From assembly GCA_963798485.1 (NCBI GenBank), contig CAWCTR010000007.1:64001-128000 (forward strand): a stretch of DNA of 64,000 bases, read 5' to 3'. Below the pieces are notes generated by a model. It did not search any database and was not told the origin of the DNA. It was given only the letters and a program-made list of their open reading frames with translations. Made by a program: the position numbers and the translations under genes. The DNA comes from an uncultured delta proteobacterium. Its GTDB lineage: Bacteria > Desulfobacterota > Desulfomonilia > UBA1062. Below, one piece after another: positions 61,710 to 64,000 of this stretch. Numbering within the stretch: position 1 is the first letter of the stretch; each line of letters starts with the position of its first letter.

Positions 61710-62426
61710 TCATTCATCCGGGTATTTCACTCGGAAATAGCCGATTAACGGGAAATACGTCGTGTTTATGTTCCTAAGGCTGATAATTTGCAGAGGAGCT
61801 ATTTTTTGTAAAGTACCTATTCCCACCGGTGCCATTGTGTCGTTGCCAGGAGATGCCAAGATAAAACCAAAACTCCCTACCTGCCCTTTGAAAAAGGCTA
61901 GATCTCCAGGTAATGGTTTATCAGTCATCTCGAAAGATCTCATCATCGTATCAGAGAGTCTTTCTCCCGGAACAGTCTGTATCCTTACCCCTACTTTCTC
62001 AAGCACGTACTTGAGGAATCTGGGCGAATCAAACCCTAAACCAAGCTGGCTGCTACCCAGTGTAAATGGAATATCCTTCCACGCAAGTAGGGTTGCAGCC
62101 AAGACCGCATCTTTGCGTTTTCCTGCAGGCATCTCAATGATTCTTTGTTTAACTTTCGGCCAGTCCACGCTCGGGTCTATTATACTGATGTTATCCTGGC
62201 CGGTCACTGAGCCCAAGAAATCCAAGAGAGAGCTTTGAGTGCTGGATAAGCTGAGTATTTTTTCACTGAGTTCTCTTACCGTCTTTTGTTTGTTCGCCAA
62301 AGTATTTTCAAGTCTATGTAATTCATACGCCGAATATCCCAATGCAGCAAATACGATCAGGACACCCAGTAATGACAGTGAGGCATTACGGAGTGACGCT
62401 TTCCTTAAGGCTTCAACTGATTTCAC
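61710..62426 (-). CDS. Membrane-anchored coiled-coil protein with a degenerate NlpC/P60-like domain
   Basis: TM helix, coiled coil, PFTLG....GFDSPRF..YVL and LPGDLAFF. Confidence 0.7.
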   Translation of the reverse strand: MKSVEALRKASLRNASLSLLGVLIVFAALGYSAYELHRLENTLANKQKTVRELSEKILSLSSTQSSLLDFLGSVTGQDNISIIDPSVDWPKVKQRIIEMPAGKRKDAVLAATLLAWKDIPFTLGSSQLGLGFDSPRFLKYVLEKVGVRIQTVPGERLSDTMMRSFEMTDKPLPGDLAFFKGQVGSFGFILASPGNDTMAPVGIGTLQKIAPLQIISLRNINTTYFPLIGYFRVKYPDE

Positions 62427-62707
62427 TATTTCTTATCCTCCTTATCAGTTGAAGGGATCAAACGTTTCAGCGCTTCATTCCACATGTACAGAAGTCTCCC
62501 GGTAGAATAAGTGATGAGGCCTGAAGAACCAAACGACAGGGACAATTCGGCGTAACCGCCTCGGTCCCTGAAGAACAAAAACATGGTACTGCTAATCAAT
62601 ATAATGAGAGACAAGATGCAGATGCCCATATATACCATTCGTTCGAACTTAAACAGTTCGGTCAGCTGCCTGACTACTTCCATCCGCTCTTTAATGTCGT
62701 CTGGCAT
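62426..62707 (-). CDS. Small two-TM protein
   Basis: GAGAGG before MPDDIK; two hydrophobic helices; TAG/GTG overlap with the downstream gene. Confidence 0.72.
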   Translation of the reverse strand: MPDDIKERMEVVRQLTELFKFERMVYMGICILSLIILISSTMFLFFRDRGGYAELSLSFGSSGLITYSTGRLLYMWNEALKRLIPSTDKEDKK

Positions 62708-62911
62708 TCTACCTCTCAGTCTCAATTACATAATTACTATACTGCACTTTTGTAGTACATCACCATTGTTATCTGAAGCACAATTGCAGTATATCCTGAT
62801 ATTGAGTGCAAGGTATTATTCTGTTTATATATTATACCAGATATCACTTTCCGCACCAATCCCCTCAGTTATTGCAAAAATCTTGGTCAGCTCTCGTTTT
62901 TTACTTTTAAT

Positions 62912-63095
62912 CCCCTCTGAACCCGGTGAGCGAGTGAAGGAAAATTCAGGGGAAAAGCGGCCCATGTCTGAGCGGAGTGAAACGGAGCGAGTTGGCCGCG
63001 GCCTGAATTTTCCGAACGAGCGAACGCACCCGAAGGGCGGGTTCATGGGGTGCCTTTTCTTTGGTACTTTCTTTTGGCACCAAAAGAAAGTACAT
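62912..63095 (-). repeat. ~180-nt multi-hairpin element, copy 2 (inverted)
   Basis: Same stem order and conserved linkers as 59771-59946. Confidence 0.85.
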
Positions 63096-63150
63096 AAATA
63101 AACGCTTGGTTACACTTTACTCCACCCACCATACATCCTCTATGATAGAC

Positions 63151-63188
63151 CCCATCCCCACCCCGGCCCTCCCCTTGAAGGGGAGGGG
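63151..63188 (-). repeat. REP-like palindrome of the same type as 35615-35656
   Basis: CCCCTCCCCTTCAAGGGGAGGGCCGGGGTGGGG on the minus strand. Confidence 0.65.
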
Positions 63189-63278
63189 TGAGATCGCCCC
63201 GCTCAAGTGATTTTTGAAAAAACATGGATTCCTCCCTTCTGCGTGAATGACGCAACCGGGGTCTCTCTTTTTAATCCT

Positions 63279-63310
63279 GGCCCGGCCATTACGGCCGGGC
63301 CTTATTTTTT
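63279..63310 (+). terminator. Intrinsic terminator hairpin downstream of gyrA; T tract on the plus strand
   Basis: GGCCCGGCC-attac-GGCCGGGCC-TTATTTTTT. Confidence 0.75.
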
Positions 63311-63336
63311 AGGTATTCTCGTGATGAGACGCCTGT

Positions 63337-64000
63337 TTACTCGGCGTCCTCTTCGCTGATGTATTTGGTGAAGTCCACGATCTTCTCATCTTCCTTCATG
63401 CGTATGGCGCGCACGCCCTGGGCCGAGCGCGTCCTGGTGGTGCGGATCTGGGACACGGGCATGCGGATGATCTGGCCCGAGGTGGAGATGATCATGAGCT
63501 CGTCGGTCTCCTTGATAACCCTCACGCCCACCAGGTCACCGGTCTTCTTGGTGATGTGGACCGTGTTTACGCCCTTGCCGGCCCGGTTCTGGACCGGATA
63601 CTTGCCGACGACCGTCTTCTTGCCGAAGCCGTACTCGGTGAGGTTGATGACCATGTCGTCGTCGCTGGTGATGACATCCATGCCGATGACCGAATCGCCC
63701 TCGTCGAGCCTGATGGCCCGCACCCCTTGGGCCTGGCGGCCCATGACGCGGACCTGGTCGGCCGGGAAGATGATGGCCTTGCCGCCCTTGGATGCAACAA
63801 TGATGCGGGTGCTGCCTATGGTGATGCGGGCCGACATGACCTCGTCGCCCGGCTCCAGCGTGCAGGCGATGATGCCGGTGCGCACGATGTTGCTGAAACT
63901 CTTGAGCTCGACCCGTTTGATGTTGGCCATGGCGGTTACCATCACGACCTCGGCCTCCATGTTGATGTCGGTGGTGACCAGGATGGCGCAGATGCGCTCC
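63337..64000 (-). CDS. gyrA: DNA gyrase subunit A, C-terminal beta-pinwheel (gene begins beyond the window)
   Basis: Repeats MGRQAQGVRAI, QNRAGKGV, RSAQGVRAI and an acidic tail; parC not fully excluded. Confidence 0.88.
   Translation of the reverse strand, partial: ERICAILVTTDINMEAEVVMVTAMANIKRVELKSFSNIVRTGIIACTLEPGDEVMSARITIGSTRIIVASKGGKAIIFPADQVRVMGRQAQGVRAIRLDEGDSVIGMDVITSDDDMVINLTEYGFGKKTVVGKYPVQNRAGKGVNTVHITKKTGDLVGVRVIKETDELMIISTSGQIIRMPVSQIRTTRTRSAQGVRAIRMKEDEKIVDFTKYISEEDAE

Overview
The window looks like a join of two unrelated genomes, with the seam near 27,664. Left part (1-27.66 kb): GC-rich, with Acidobacteria-like gene content (rpsU, purD, miaA, lpdA, thrS, M48 peptidase, csp, galK, two glucan phosphorylases, an MdtABC-type RND pump). 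It has many single-base frameshifts, even in essential thrS, which points to read or assembly error. Right part (27.66-64 kb): strong AGGAGG ribosome sites, almost no frameshifts, and a deltaproteobacterial (Desulfobacterota-like) gene order. It holds a TetR-led lipid/acyl-CoA cluster, argBDFGH-lipoprotein-lysA-dapAB-FAH-folK, a hybrid kinase, slt-pgsA, Grx-FTR, a HEAT/HD-GYP pair and the 3' end of gyrA. Best candidates for new biology: (1) a 3.3 kb unit at 59.77-63.10 kb bounded by two inverted ~180-nt elements whose stems show compensatory base changes, enclosing an integrase-less attC cassette array (YefM-YoeB cassette, decayed endonuclease-like cassette, 2TM protein plus an NlpC/P60-like protein lacking its catalytic Cys); (2) a tandem pair of divergent four-Cys DUF2148-like proteins with complementary motif loss, inside an acyl-CoA degradation cluster that has no hydratase or ETF; (3) a glucan phosphorylase fused to a PtsP-like GAF domain. 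All family assignments are from motif recognition by eye; no database search was run.
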